A stretch of DNA of 64,000 nt from Candidatus Gorgyraea atricola (GCA_030765235.1 JAVCCW010000029.1:311666-375665), one strand, 5' to 3'; positions 10,783-21,192 are shown, counted from the first letter of the stretch. Made by a program: numbers and translations. Notes: generated from the sequence alone by a model not told the origin.

Positions 10783-11718
10783 ATGTTTTTACGGATAGAG
10801 GGTTTGAGGGTTGAATATAGTGGGGTAGAGGTTGTGCGAGGACTTGACTTGGATATCCCGAAGGGGGAGTGCGTGGGTCTTGTGGGCGAGTCAGGGTGCG
10901 GCAAGACTACTGTTGGACTTGCTATAACTCGGCTGATACCTATTCAGAAAGGCAGGATCTTATTGGAAGACAGAGATGTCATGACTCTAAATCCTGAGGA
11001 ATTGAGAAAGATCAGAGGCAAGAAGATCTCATATGTATTTCAGGATCCGTTTAGTTCACTCAATCCTGTTTTTACTGTTTATGATCAATTAAAGGAATGC
11101 CTGTCTGATGCAGGAAGGATTCCCGAGATTTTAGAAAGTGTCGGACTTGGTAAAATAATCGGCAAAAAGATCTATCCTCATGAACTCTCAGGCGGCATGC
11201 AGCAGCGTGTAATGATAGCCATGGCCATTGCGTCAAAGCCGGACCTACTCATCCTGGATGAACCTACAACAGCCCTGGATGTAACTATCCAAAATCAGAT
11301 ACTAGATCTTATAATGGGGCTGAAGAAAAGGATGGGACTTTCTATTTTATTTATTTCGCATGATTTAAAGACAGTCTTCAGGCTTGCTGATAGAGTAGCT
11401 GTAATGTATGCAGGTAGAGTTGCGGAACAAGGGCCGAGGGATAAAATAGTTTCATCGCCCAGTCACCCATATACAATGGGTTTAATAGATTCGATCCCGT
11501 CTCTTGAGCACAGAAAGAAGAAATTTAATGTGATCGAGGGTAGGACACCTTTATTTTCTGATTTACCACAGGGGTGCAAGTTTTATCCTCGGTGTAAATT
11601 TAAAGTAGACAAGTGCGCAAGAGAAGAGCCGCAGCTGGAAAGTATTTCTGAGCAGCATTTCTCGCGCTGTATCAGATCAAAGGAGCTTTTACTGGATGGA
11701 GCTAATAAAGGTAAGTAA
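10783..11718 (+). CDS. ABC transporter ATP-binding protein (OppD/DppD type)
   Basis: Walker [18 protein letters not shown] signature, C-terminal oligopeptide-ABC extension. Confidence 0.85.
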   Translation: MFLRIEGLRVEYSGVEVVRGLDLDIPKGECVGLVGESGCGKTTVGLAITRLIPIQKGRILLEDRDVMTLNPEELRKIRGKKISYVFQDPFSSLNPVFTVYDQLKECLSDAGRIPEILESVGLGKIIGKKIYPHELSGGMQQRVMIAMAIASKPDLLILDEPTTALDVTIQNQILDLIMGLKKRMGLSILFISHDLKTVFRLADRVAVMYAGRVAEQGPRDKIVSSPSHPYTMGLIDSIPSLEHRKKKFNVIEGRTPLFSDLPQGCKFYPRCKFKVDKCAREEPQLESISEQHFSRCIRSKELLLDGANKGK

Positions 11719-12457
11719 TCTAAAAAAAGTCTTTCCAAAACACAAGGTCGCTGCTGTTGATGGCGTGGATTTTTCTGTGTTTAAAGGTGAGATACTGGGC
11801 TTGGTGGGTGAGTCAGGTTGTGGCAAGAGCACACTCGGCCGGTCGATCCTGCGGCTTACAGATGCACAGGAAGGAAGAGTTCTCTATGAAAATGAGGACT
11901 TATTAAAGGTATCTAAGTCGCAAATGAGAGGGATGCGAAAGAATCTGCAGATGATATTCCAGGATCCATACACGTCTTTAGATCCACGCATGAGGACAGG
12001 AGAGACTCTGGAAGAGGTTCTTATGATTCACGAGAATTTTTCCAGAAAAAAGAGAAAGGCTCGTGTGATAGAGATTTTGGAAATGGTAGGACTTGGCGAA
12101 ACCTATCTAAAGCGCCTCCCGTCTGAACTTTCTGGCGGAGAGCGCCAGAGGGTCGGCATTGGTAGGGCCCTGGCAACTGACCCTGAGTTCATCATATGCG
12201 ATGAACCTGTGTCGAGCCTTGATATCTCTATCCAGGCGCAAATCTTGAATCTTTTAATGGATCTTCAAAAGACAAAAAATCTTACATATCTATTTATAAG
12301 TCACGATTTAGGAGTAATAGCGTCTATCTGTGACAGGGTTATGGTGATGCAATCAGGAAGATTTGTGGAAACAGGTCTATGCGAGGAGATTTTTAGGGAT
12401 CCAAAGCACGAATATACCAAGAAATTATTGCATTCTAGTAGTTTGCATTTTGAATAG
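11696..12457 (+). CDS. ABC transporter ATP-binding protein (OppF/DppF type)
   Basis: Walker [18 protein letters not shown] signature. Confidence 0.85.
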   Translation: MELIKVSNLKKVFPKHKVAAVDGVDFSVFKGEILGLVGESGCGKSTLGRSILRLTDAQEGRVLYENEDLLKVSKSQMRGMRKNLQMIFQDPYTSLDPRMRTGETLEEVLMIHENFSRKKRKARVIEILEMVGLGETYLKRLPSELSGGERQRVGIGRALATDPEFIICDEPVSSLDISIQAQILNLLMDLQKTKNLTYLFISHDLGVIASICDRVMVMQSGRFVETGLCEEIFRDPKHEYTKKLLHSSSLHFE

Positions 12458-12496
12458 ATTTGTTATATAATATTGCTTCTATAATAGGAGGTTGAT

Positions 12497-13711
12497 TTGG
12501 AAAAGGTTCTTACATTTATAATGGCTGGTGGAAAAGGCGAGAGGCTTTCTCCTCTTACAGAAGAGAGGACCAAGCCAGCAGTGCCTTTCGGAGGGGTATA
12601 TAGGATCATAGATTTTACGCTTTCTAACTGCGTAAACTCTGGATTGCGTAGGATCCATGTGCTTACACAATACAAGTCCTATTCGCTTACAAGACATATC
12701 TCTGGAGGATGGAATGTCTTGAATGGCGAGCTGGGAGAATATATAGATATCATACCTGCTCAGCAGCGCCTTGATGAGAGCTGGTATCAGGGTACAGCTG
12801 ATTCTCTTTACCAAAACATCTATGCCATCGAGGATGAGAAGCCGGATCGCGTTTTAATACTCGCTGGAGACCATGTCTATAAGATGGATTATAAAGACAT
12901 GCTGGATTTTCATGCGGCCAAAGGCGCGGATGTTACTTTGGGTGTTGTGCAGGTGCCTGCTGAGACGGCGGCCAAGCTTGGTGTGTGCGAGATCAATAGC
13001 GAATCGAGGCTGGTAAAATTGACAGAAAAACCCGGCCCTGAGGCAGCTAAATTTAAGGGTTCAAAGGATCTATTTGTGTCAATGGGCATATATGTCTTTA
13101 ACAGGCTGGTCCTGGAGAATGTTTTATGCGAGGACGCAAAGAATAAAAAATCCTCGCATGATTTTGCCAAAGACATTATACCTATTATGCTCAAGAAATA
13201 TAAGATCTACACTTATAATTTCGCGCATAAAGAAGAAAATGAACCAAAATACTGGCGCGATGTCGGAGACATAGATGCATATTACGAGGCCAATATGGAG
13301 CTCGTGAAGATCCTGCCGCGTTTTAATCTTTATGACAAGGATTGGCCGTTCAGGACTTACCAGAAACAGTTCGGCCCGTCCAAAACTGTGTTTGCGCAAG
13401 GTAATGAAAAAAGGATAGGCATGGCATTGAATTCACTAGTCTGCAATGGTTGCGTAATAAGCGGCGGTAAGGTCAATTCGAGTATTCTTTCACCTAATGT
13501 CAGGATAAACAGTTTTTCAGAAGTGGTGGATTCTATTCTTATGGAAGGTGTGGAGATAGGTAGGCATGCTAAAGTCAAGCGGACGATCATTGATAAATAT
13601 GTTAAGATCCCGCAGAAGATGGAAATAGGTTTTGACCTGGAAAAAGATAAGAAGAGATTTACTGTTACGGATTCAGGCATAGTCGTCATACCAAAAGGTA
13701 CGGTATTGTGA
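12497..13711 (+). CDS. glgC: glucose-1-phosphate adenylyltransferase
   Basis: MAGGKGERLSPLT...PAVPFGGVYRIIDFTLSNCVNSG; TTG start 5 nt after AGGAGG. Confidence 0.85.
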   Translation: MEKVLTFIMAGGKGERLSPLTEERTKPAVPFGGVYRIIDFTLSNCVNSGLRRIHVLTQYKSYSLTRHISGGWNVLNGELGEYIDIIPAQQRLDESWYQGTADSLYQNIYAIEDEKPDRVLILAGDHVYKMDYKDMLDFHAAKGADVTLGVVQVPAETAAKLGVCEINSESRLVKLTEKPGPEAAKFKGSKDLFVSMGIYVFNRLVLENVLCEDAKNKKSSHDFAKDIIPIMLKKYKIYTYNFAHKEENEPKYWRDVGDIDAYYEANMELVKILPRFNLYDKDWPFRTYQKQFGPSKTVFAQGNEKRIGMALNSLVCNGCVISGGKVNSSILSPNVRINSFSEVVDSILMEGVEIGRHAKVKRTIIDKYVKIPQKMEIGFDLEKDKKRFTVTDSGIVVIPKGTVL

Positions 13712-13712
13712 G

Positions 13713-14162
13713 ATGATAAGAAAAGCTGTCATAAATGACGTAAAAGAGATACAGGAGCTTATAAACTTCTACGCAAAAAAGGACAAGATGCTCCCGCGTT
13801 CTGTAAATGAGCTCTATGAGAATCTCAGGGATTTTTTTGTATACGAGAAGAATGGAAAGGTCGCAGGCTGCGTGGCGCTTCATATCAGCTGGGAAGACCT
13901 TGCTGAAATAAAATCCCTTGCTGTAGTAGAGTCAAAGCAGAAACAGAAAATAGGCACAGCCCTGGTTGATGCGGGCCTTGAAGATGCTAAAAAATTAAAG
14001 GTAAAGCGCGTATTCGCACTTACGTATGTACCTAAATTTTTTGAGAAACTTGGGTTTAAGAAGGTAGAGCATTCAGAATTGCCACATAAGATCTGGTCAG
14101 AGTGCATCAGGTGCGTGAAATTTCCAGATTGCGAAGAGACGGCGTTGGTAAAAGATATTTAA
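13713..14162 (+). CDS. GNAT family N-acetyltransferase (possibly short-form N-acetylglutamate synthase)
   Basis: 149 aa; acetyl-CoA binding-like QKIGTALVDAG; arg operon encodes ArgJ but no long ArgA. Confidence 0.55.
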   Translation: MIRKAVINDVKEIQELINFYAKKDKMLPRSVNELYENLRDFFVYEKNGKVAGCVALHISWEDLAEIKSLAVVESKQKQKIGTALVDAGLEDAKKLKVKRVFALTYVPKFFEKLGFKKVEHSELPHKIWSECIRCVKFPDCEETALVKDI

Positions 14163-14263
14163 AGGCAAAGGCCTTTGCGACAAATATGTAGGTCACACAA
14201 TAGCAGCTTATAGCAGCTGTAGGGCACACTTCAGTGTGCCAAAGATATTTAAAATTTCATATT

Positions 14264-15562
14264 ATGTCATATACAATTACTGAAAAAATATTACTGAAGC
14301 ATACTGACAAGAAATCTATCGTGCCTGGGGATTTTATCTACGCAGAGATTGATATGGCGCTTGGGAATGATATTACCGCGCCTATTGCCATAAAGGAATT
14401 CGAGTCTGCCGGAGCCAGGAAAGTTTTTAACAGAAAAAAGATCGCGCTTGTACCTGATCACTTTACGCCTGCCAAGGATAAGAAGAGCGCGGACCAGGCA
14501 AAGATCCTTAAGGAATTTGCCAGAAAGCATAATATAGAGAACTATTTTGAAATAGGCCGCATGGGTGTGGAGCACGTGCTTTTGCCAGAGCAGGGACTTG
14601 TCGGGCCGGGCCAACTCATTATAGGTGCTGATTCTCATACCTGTACGTATGGAGCACTTGGCGCATTCTCAACAGGTGTTGGCTCTACGGATCTTGCAGC
14701 AGGTTTCATAACAGGACGCGTATGGTTAAAGGTGCCTGAGAGCATGAAATTTATTTATTATGGCAAGCCTGGAAAATGGACAGGCGGCAAGGATTTTATT
14801 TTACACACTATTGGAGATATTGGCGTAGATGGCGCATTGTACAGGGCCATGGAATTTACAGGCGAGGCCATACGAAGGCTACCAATGGATGATAGATTTG
14901 CGATGTGTAACATGGCGATCGAGGCTGGTGGGAAGTCTGGGATTATTGAGGCGGATGATGCGACTATTAAATATTGCCTAGCGTCAGGGACAAGGGACCC
15001 CATACGAAAATCAAAGATTTCGTACGGGGCAGGCATGGGACAAGGGACAAGGAGTGATAAAGACGCCAGGTATTGTGAGACGCGGGAATATGATGTTAGT
15101 AAGATCGAGCCGCAGGTTTCTGCGCCGCATTTGCCTAGCAATGCCGGGGCTGTGAGCAAGTTTAAGAAAATAAATATAGATCAGTCAGTGATCGGCTCAT
15201 GCACAAATGGCAGGATAAGTGATCTGAGGATAGCTGCAAAGATCTTGAAAGGCAAAAAGGTTGATTCAGGAGTCAGGCTGATAATCATACCGGCTACACA
15301 AAAGATATATGTACAGGCAATGGAAGAAGGCCTTGCAGATATCTTTATTGATTCAGGCGGTGTTTTTTCAACGCCCAGCTGTGGGCCATGTCTTGGCGGA
15401 CACTTGGGTATTTTAGCAAAAGGCGAACGCGCAATCGCCACCACGAACAGAAACTTCCGCGGCAGAATGGGGCATCCTGAGAGCGAAGTCTATCTCTCGA
15501 ACCCAGCTGTAGCTGCGGCCAGCGCAATAAAAGGAAGGATAGCTCATCCTGATGAAATTTAA
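14264..15562 (+). CDS. leuC: 3-isopropylmalate dehydratase large subunit (aconitase family; homoaconitase-type not excluded)
   Basis: aconitase-family catalytic domain; SCTNGR, CGPCLG motifs; followed by leuD, leuB. Confidence 0.8.
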   Translation: MSYTITEKILLKHTDKKSIVPGDFIYAEIDMALGNDITAPIAIKEFESAGARKVFNRKKIALVPDHFTPAKDKKSADQAKILKEFARKHNIENYFEIGRMGVEHVLLPEQGLVGPGQLIIGADSHTCTYGALGAFSTGVGSTDLAAGFITGRVWLKVPESMKFIYYGKPGKWTGGKDFILHTIGDIGVDGALYRAMEFTGEAIRRLPMDDRFAMCNMAIEAGGKSGIIEADDATIKYCLASGTRDPIRKSKISYGAGMGQGTRSDKDARYCETREYDVSKIEPQVSAPHLPSNAGAVSKFKKINIDQSVIGSCTNGRISDLRIAAKILKGKKVDSGVRLIIIPATQKIYVQAMEEGLADIFIDSGGVFSTPSCGPCLGGHLGILAKGERAIATTNRNFRGRMGHPESEVYLSNPAVAAASAIKGRIAHPDEI

Positions 15563-16082
15563 AGGTAAGGTCTGGAAATTCGACAACGATGTAAATACAG
15601 ATGAGATCATACCCGCTCGTTTTCTCAACACGCAGGACCCTAAAGAGCTTGGAGAACATTGTATGGAAGACATTGATGCGGGTTTTTCCAAAAAGGTCTC
15701 TAAGGGCGATATAATCGTAGCAGGCAAAAACTTTGGTTGTGGTTCTTCAAGAGAGCACGCGCAGATCTCTATAAAAGGCGCAGGCGTATCATGTGTGATA
15801 GCAGAGAGTTTTGCCAGGATCTTTTACAGAAACGCGATCAATGTGGGACTTCCGATAATTGAAATAAAAGATACAGCAGATATAAAAGAAGGAGACTACC
15901 TGGAGGTAGACTTAGATAAAGGCACAGTTTTAAATCTAACAGAAGACAAGCAATATGAAACTCAACCGCTTTCCGGATTTATACAGGAAATAATTTCATC
16001 AGGCGGGCTTCTAAAATGGATCCGCCTTCGCCAAGGCTTCGGCGGACAGGTAAAAAGGAGGGGTTCCAAGTGCATAAAATAG
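15552..16082 (+). CDS. leuD: 3-isopropylmalate dehydratase small subunit
   Basis: MKFKGKVWKFDNDVNTDEIIPARFL, aconitase swivel domain. Confidence 0.85.
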   Translation: MKFKGKVWKFDNDVNTDEIIPARFLNTQDPKELGEHCMEDIDAGFSKKVSKGDIIVAGKNFGCGSSREHAQISIKGAGVSCVIAESFARIFYRNAINVGLPIIEIKDTADIKEGDYLEVDLDKGTVLNLTEDKQYETQPLSGFIQEIISSGGLLKWIRLRQGFGGQVKRRGSKCIK

Positions 16083-17119
16083 CAGTTCTCCCAGGAGATG
16101 GAACAGGGCCAGAGGTTATCAGAGAAGGATTAAAGGTTTTGAAGGCAGTAGCTGAGAAAACAGGTTTTAAATACGAGACCGTAGAATATGATCTGGGCGG
16201 AGACAGGTACTTAAAGACCAAAGAGCTCGTGCCTGATTCTGTTTTAAAGGAGCTTTCTAAGGTAGACGGCATATATCTCGGCGCAATAGGCCATCCTGGG
16301 GTAAAGCCAGGTATCCTGGAACAGGGAATTCTTTTAAAACTCAGGTTTCATTTTGACCAATATATAAACTTAAGGCCAGTAAAACTCTATCCAGGTGTGT
16401 GGACGCCTGTGAAAGACAAAGGCCCTGAGGATATAGACTTTGTAGTGGTAAGAGAAAATACAGAAGGGCTATATAAGGGGCTCGGCGAATTCAAGAATAA
16501 AGGCACAAAGGATGAAGTCGCGCTCCAGATATCTCATAATACAAGAAAAGGTGTTGAGCGCTGTCTCAGATTTGCGTTTGAATATGCGAAAAAGAGAAAT
16601 AAGAGGAAGCAGCTTACACTTTGCGGTAAGACAAATGTTTTAACATATGCATGGGATCTGTGGCAGAGGACGTTTGATGACGTAGCAAAGGAATATAAGG
16701 ATGTAAAGACAGACTATACGCATGTAGACGCAACATGCATGTGGATGATAAAAAACCCCGAGTGGTTTGATGTTATTGTGACAGATAATATGTTCGGCGA
16801 CATTATTACTGACTTGGGCGCAATGATCCAGGGCGGCATGGGTATTGCTGCAGGTGGGAATATAAATCCGGAGGGCATCTCCATGTTCGAACCAATAGGC
16901 GGCTCAGCGCCAAAATACACTGGCAAGAACGTGATCAATCCGCTCGCAGCTATCTGCGCAGGTGGCATGATGCTCGAGTATCTGGGCGAAGAAAAAGCAG
17001 CAGCCATGATCGAGAAATCAGTAATGAAAGTAACAGGAGAAAAGCTAAAAAGCCTTTCAGCGGGAAAGATGGGATACTCGACTAGCGAAGTAGGCGACCT
17101 AGTCGTTCAAAACCTATAG
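16070..17119 (+). CDS. leuB: 3-isopropylmalate dehydrogenase
   Basis: KIAVLPGDGTGPEV; GTG start at 16070, 8 nt after AAAAAGGAGGGG, preferred over the upstream in-frame ATG 16016. Confidence 0.85.
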   Translation: MHKIAVLPGDGTGPEVIREGLKVLKAVAEKTGFKYETVEYDLGGDRYLKTKELVPDSVLKELSKVDGIYLGAIGHPGVKPGILEQGILLKLRFHFDQYINLRPVKLYPGVWTPVKDKGPEDIDFVVVRENTEGLYKGLGEFKNKGTKDEVALQISHNTRKGVERCLRFAFEYAKKRNKRKQLTLCGKTNVLTYAWDLWQRTFDDVAKEYKDVKTDYTHVDATCMWMIKNPEWFDVIVTDNMFGDIITDLGAMIQGGMGIAAGGNINPEGISMFEPIGGSAPKYTGKNVINPLAAICAGGMMLEYLGEEKAAAMIEKSVMKVTGEKLKSLSAGKMGYSTSEVGDLVVQNL

Positions 17120-17127
17120 AGGTAATT

Positions 17128-18156
17128 ATGTCTAAAAAATATAATGTTGCAATAGTCGGAGCTACTGGGGTAGTGGGTAGCGAGTTTATAAAGGTATTGG
17201 AAGAGAGACGGTTTCCTGTTAAGGAGATTCGTTTGCTGGCATCTGGCCGCTCAAAAGGCAAGATGCTAAAGTTTTATGGAAAGGATTATGAGGTACAGGA
17301 GCTTACCAGGGATTCCTTTAAAGGCATTGAGGTCGCACTGTTTTCAGCAGGAGGAGGCATAAGTAAGGAATTTGCGCCTATTGCTGCAAAAGCAGGAGCG
17401 ATTGTAGTAGATAATTCCAGTGCATGGAGAATGGATCCGGAGGTGCCACTAGTAGTTCCTGAGGTAAATCCTGGCGCAATAAAGAGACACAAGGGTATTA
17501 TTGCAAATCCAAATTGCTCGACTATACAGATGGTAGTTGTCTTAAAGCCGATTCACGACGCTGCAAAGATAAAACGCGTAGTTGTATCCAGCTACCAGTC
17601 TGTATCTGGATGGGGCAAAGAGGCGGTAGATCAGCTTGATGCGGAGATAGAATCATACGTTAGCAACAAGCAACAAGCAACAAGCAACAGGGGGAGTAAA
17701 ATAAAGCGAGTGTTGCCGGCGCAGATCGCGTTTAATGTGATTCCGCATATAGATGTATTCTTGCCAAATAGATACACCAAAGAAGAGATGAAGATGGTAA
17801 ATGAGACTCAGAAGATCATGGAAGATACCAGCATCAAAGTCACTGCGACCTGCGTACGAGTGCCAGTAGTGATCTCACATGCAGAGGCAGTCAATGTTGA
17901 GACTGAGAAAAAATTAAGCGCGGACGAGGCTACCGAGATCCTGAAAAAGGCACCTGGCGTTGAGGTAATAGACGATATATCAAAAGAAAAATACCCCCTT
18001 CCTATAGATGCCGCAGGAAAAGATCCAAGTTATGTTGGCAGGATTCGCGAAGATGAATCCATAAAGAACGGTCTTAATCTCTGGATTGTCAGCGACAATC
18101 TGCGCAAGGGCGCAGCGCTAAACGCAGTCCAAATCGCCGAGCTCTTGATAGCTTGA
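17128..18156 (+). CDS. asd: aspartate-semialdehyde dehydrogenase
   Basis: VAIVGATGVVG Rossmann start; ANPNCSTIQMVV active-site Cys; carries an in-frame heptamer-repeat insert. Confidence 0.9.
   Translation: MSKKYNVAIVGATGVVGSEFIKVLEERRFPVKEIRLLASGRSKGKMLKFYGKDYEVQELTRDSFKGIEVALFSAGGGISKEFAPIAAKAGAIVVDNSSAWRMDPEVPLVVPEVNPGAIKRHKGIIANPNCSTIQMVVVLKPIHDAAKIKRVVVSSYQSVSGWGKEAVDQLDAEIESYVSNKQQATSNRGSKIKRVLPAQIAFNVIPHIDVFLPNRYTKEEMKMVNETQKIMEDTSIKVTATCVRVPVVISHAEAVNVETEKKLSADEATEILKKAPGVEVIDDISKEKYPLPIDAAGKDPSYVGRIREDESIKNGLNLWIVSDNLRKGAALNAVQIAELLIA
17662..17694 (+). repeat. tandem heptamer repeat (AGCAACA)x4 + GGGGG inside asd, in frame (encodes SNKQQATSNRG)
   Basis: agcaacaagcaacaagcaacaagcaacaggggg. 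Confidence 0.65.
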
Positions 18157-18162
18157 GAAAAA

Positions 18163-18187
18163 GCCGAGGCTGGACCTCGGCTTTTTT
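18163..18187 (+). terminator. rho-independent terminator after asd (GCCGAGGCTGGACCTCGGC + TTTTTT)
   Basis: palindrome followed by T-run; same palindrome as 8915-8933. Confidence 0.7.
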
Positions 18188-18196
18188 GATAATCTA

Positions 18197-18940
18197 ATGG
18201 TACGCAATATCCGACTCATAATCGAATACGACGGCACAAGGTTTTGTGGCTGGCAGGCGCAGCGCAAGCGCAAGAGAAAGACAGTGCAGGAAGAGATCGA
18301 AAAGGCAGGGAAAAGACTTTTCGGAAAAAAGATTAGTTTAATAGGCTCTGGACGTACAGATTCTGGCGTGCATGCACAAGCCCAGATAGCAAATTTCAGG
18401 ATAGATTCAAACCTACCTCTGCGTAATATCAAAAAAGGTCTAAATAGCCATCTCCCTAAAGACATCGCGATCCTTTTAGCTGAAGAAGTAAAGCCAAATT
18501 TCCACGCTAGGTTCAATGCAAAAGAAAAACTTTACAAATATACAATCATAAATAGAAAAGTCCGCTCGCCTTTATTGAATAGACATGCAGCATTAGTTTT
18601 TTATAATCTGGATCTAAAAGCAATGCGAAAGGGCGCTGGCTATTTAATCGGCAAGAAAAACTTTAAATCATTCCAGACATCTGACAAAAAAGAAAAAGAT
18701 CCTGTAAGAAAAATTACAAGACTCAGCATCACAGGCAAGCTGCCTTTAATAGAGATATATATCCAGGCAAACGGGTTTCTCTATAATATGGTCCGTAATA
18801 TTGTGGGCACATTGATAGATGTGGGTAGAGGCAGGACAAAACCAGAGGCAGTTAAGGAGATTTTGAAAAAGCGGCATCGCGTATCAGCTGGCCAAACTGC
18901 CCCTGCAAAGGGGCTGTGTTTAGTTGAGGTGTTTTACTAA
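18197..18940 (+). CDS. truA: tRNA pseudouridine(38-40) synthase
   Basis: RLIIEYDGTRFCGWQAQ; GSGRTDSGVHA catalytic Asp motif. Confidence 0.85.
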   Translation: MVRNIRLIIEYDGTRFCGWQAQRKRKRKTVQEEIEKAGKRLFGKKISLIGSGRTDSGVHAQAQIANFRIDSNLPLRNIKKGLNSHLPKDIAILLAEEVKPNFHARFNAKEKLYKYTIINRKVRSPLLNRHAALVFYNLDLKAMRKGAGYLIGKKNFKSFQTSDKKEKDPVRKITRLSITGKLPLIEIYIQANGFLYNMVRNIVGTLIDVGRGRTKPEAVKEILKKRHRVSAGQTAPAKGLCLVEVFY

Positions 18941-18954
18941 AGCCCCTTACCCAA

Positions 18955-19012
18955 CCCTCTCCTCTGTAGGCCGGGTTTAAACCCGGCCTACAGAGGTGGT
19001 GTAGGGAGAGGG
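18955..19012. repeat. palindrome CCCTCTCCTCTGTAGGCCGGGTTTAAACCCGGCCTACAGAGG...GGGAGAGGG (REP-like, family of 10716-10761)
   Basis: shares CTCTGTAGGCCnGGTTTAAACCnGGCCTACAGAG core with the opp intergenic copy. Confidence 0.6.
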
Positions 19013-19019
19013 AGAAAGG

Positions 19020-19523
19020 GTGAGGAGAGTATATGACATGGGCTACAAAGTCGCTTTAGAAAAATCATGGGAAGTGCTTCAGGAATCTGGGAAGAAAAGT
19101 GTAAGATTCCTAAACGACGAGTACGAAGTGGACTTTTCTAAAAAATCAGTCCTTTCATTGTCCTCTCATGTTGAGGCAAAGGAATATTATAAGATTTTAA
19201 TCCTTCATTACCTTGCAAATGAACACAAGGTTTCAAATATTGAGAATGATAAGTGGATTTCTTTCAAAGAATTAGAAGGCGGCAAGGAGTATTTTTCAGC
19301 ATTTCGTAACAGGGCGATAGAACCTATCCTGAGAAAATATGGAGATAGTTCTAAAGATGTATCTATCCAGATTTTTCCTAAGATAAATGTCCAGGTTAAG
19401 GTCTGGGCAAAGGACGAGGAGTTTGACGCAGATTGTAATATGCTATTTAACGAGAGCATTAAAGAGATCCTTCCAACAGAAGACGTAGCTGTTCTTGGCG
19501 GTATAGTAGCTTCGCAAATATGA
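19020..19523 (+). CDS. hypothetical protein
   Basis: 167-aa ORF with no motif I can assign. Confidence 0.45.
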   Translation: MRRVYDMGYKVALEKSWEVLQESGKKSVRFLNDEYEVDFSKKSVLSLSSHVEAKEYYKILILHYLANEHKVSNIENDKWISFKELEGGKEYFSAFRNRAIEPILRKYGDSSKDVSIQIFPKINVQVKVWAKDEEFDADCNMLFNESIKEILPTEDVAVLGGIVASQI

Positions 19524-20317
19524 TGAAAAACATTATCTATATAATAATCGCTGTAGTCTTTATATTTGGATATATACGCTATTTTGAATATAAGTCGCTT
19601 TATTTTCCAATGAAGGAGATAGAGATCACGCCAAGCGCTGTGGGGCTTAGCTATGAGGATGTGTATTTCCAGGCTGAGGATGGTGTTAAGATTAATGCAT
19701 GGTTTATACCAGCAAAGGATTCGAGGTTTACTCTGCTATTTTCGCATGGCAATGGCGGCAATATAAGCCACAGGGTAGAGAAGATTTTATTTTTAAATGG
19801 GTTGGGCCTGGATGTCTTTATCTTTGACTATCGTGGATATGGGAAAAGTTCTGGCAGGCCATCTGAAAAGGGATTTTATAAGGATATGGATGCAGCGTAT
19901 GATTGTCTGGTGACTAAGAGAAAAATTTCACCGGAACGTATCATACCTTATGGTGAGTCTTTAGGCGGCCCAGTAGCGCTTGAACTTGCTCGAAAGAAAG
20001 AGGTAAGGGCCGTGATTACAGAATCCACGTTTAGCTCTACTATGGATATGGCAAAGGCGCTTTATCCAATATTCCCAAGTTTTCTCATGGCAGAAAGATT
20101 CGATTCGCTAGCTAAGATCAAAGACGTAAAAGTACCCAAACTCATTATCCACAGCAAAAACGACGACATCGTACCATTTAGCCTCTCTCTAAAACTCTTT
20201 AACTCCGCCCCAGACCCCAAAACCCACCTAATCCTAATAGGCAGCCATAACAGCGCTTACGTGGATTCAAAAGACGTATACCTATCAGGAATTAGTGAAT
20301 TTTTGAGAGGCTTATGA
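19520..20317 (+). CDS. alpha/beta hydrolase with N-terminal membrane anchor
   Basis: N-terminal TM helix; HGNGGN oxyanion-hole region and GESLGG nucleophile elbow. Confidence 0.65.
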   Translation: MMKNIIYIIIAVVFIFGYIRYFEYKSLYFPMKEIEITPSAVGLSYEDVYFQAEDGVKINAWFIPAKDSRFTLLFSHGNGGNISHRVEKILFLNGLGLDVFIFDYRGYGKSSGRPSEKGFYKDMDAAYDCLVTKRKISPERIIPYGESLGGPVALELARKKEVRAVITESTFSSTMDMAKALYPIFPSFLMAERFDSLAKIKDVKVPKLIIHSKNDDIVPFSLSLKLFNSAPDPKTHLILIGSHNSAYVDSKDVYLSGISEFLRGL

Positions 20318-21192
20318 AAACCAAAGTTTACTACGAGGTGGATCCGCATAATAGGCTTGTTATTAAGAGCCCGTCGAAGAAGTCTAATGTAAAGAAGTTT
20401 CGCAGGGTTGTTGAAGGCCGGTTTAGGGCAGATGGGAAAAATCGGCTGTATTACGAGGTTTTTAAATCTTCCAAGAGTGACACTCCTCAAAAGATAAAAT
20501 TTTCTGGCAAATATTCTCTGGATAAAAAGCATAATCTTATTTATACGTTAGATAAGTGGAGTAATCAGTGTGAGGGCAATCGACTTAGGTTAAAGACGAA
20601 ACTTCTGGATGCTGGAAAGAATGAGATCATGTTTTTAGTTCAGTCTCGAGATCCTTCTAAGGGTAAGAGGCGTATTTATACAATGAAGCTGCATGGCAAA
20701 TGGCAGGCAGATAAGAATAATAGGCTTTGTTTTGGGATAGAAAAGACCAGGAATAAATTAACCTTATCAAATGCATGGCAGATAAACAAGAACAATGAGA
20801 TAGTCTATAAATATGGCAGACAGCCAGAGGCTATTGTGTTAAAAGGTAAATGGCAGATAAGGAAAAAACATAGATTGGGATATGTCTTGGAGAAAAGACT
20901 CGATTCTGGATTTAACTTCAGGACATCGCTTGGCCAGATAGTGCCAAAGAAAAAAAAGACATACCTAAAGTTCGATGTTATTATAGATATAACAAAGAGG
21001 AAGAGGATAAAAAGAAAAATTACTTTTTGCGGTACGTGCAAGCTTACTAAAGATGGAAGGATTTTATTAGAAATGTCTCCTGGTAAAGAAAAGAAACTTA
21101 GCCTGAAATTAACAAAGCGCATGGCCTATATTGAGTCTTTTATTAAAGGCAGGGAAAGATATTTAGGCGGAGGTATTGCTTTTAGATGGTAG
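20314..21192 (+). CDS. hypothetical lysine-rich protein with internal repeats
   Basis: recurring GKWQxxKxxRL / NRLYYEV-like segments; no known domain recognised. Confidence 0.45.
   Translation: MKTKVYYEVDPHNRLVIKSPSKKSNVKKFRRVVEGRFRADGKNRLYYEVFKSSKSDTPQKIKFSGKYSLDKKHNLIYTLDKWSNQCEGNRLRLKTKLLDAGKNEIMFLVQSRDPSKGKRRIYTMKLHGKWQADKNNRLCFGIEKTRNKLTLSNAWQINKNNEIVYKYGRQPEAIVLKGKWQIRKKHRLGYVLEKRLDSGFNFRTSLGQIVPKKKKTYLKFDVIIDITKRKRIKRKITFCGTCKLTKDGRILLEMSPGKEKKLSLKLTKRMAYIESFIKGRERYLGGGIAFRW

Noticed and set aside
16016-16069. Upstream ATG start for leuB
   Set aside because: GTG 16070 is preceded by AAAAAGGAGGGG at ideal spacing and yields the canonical KIAVLPGDG start; the extension lies inside leuD.
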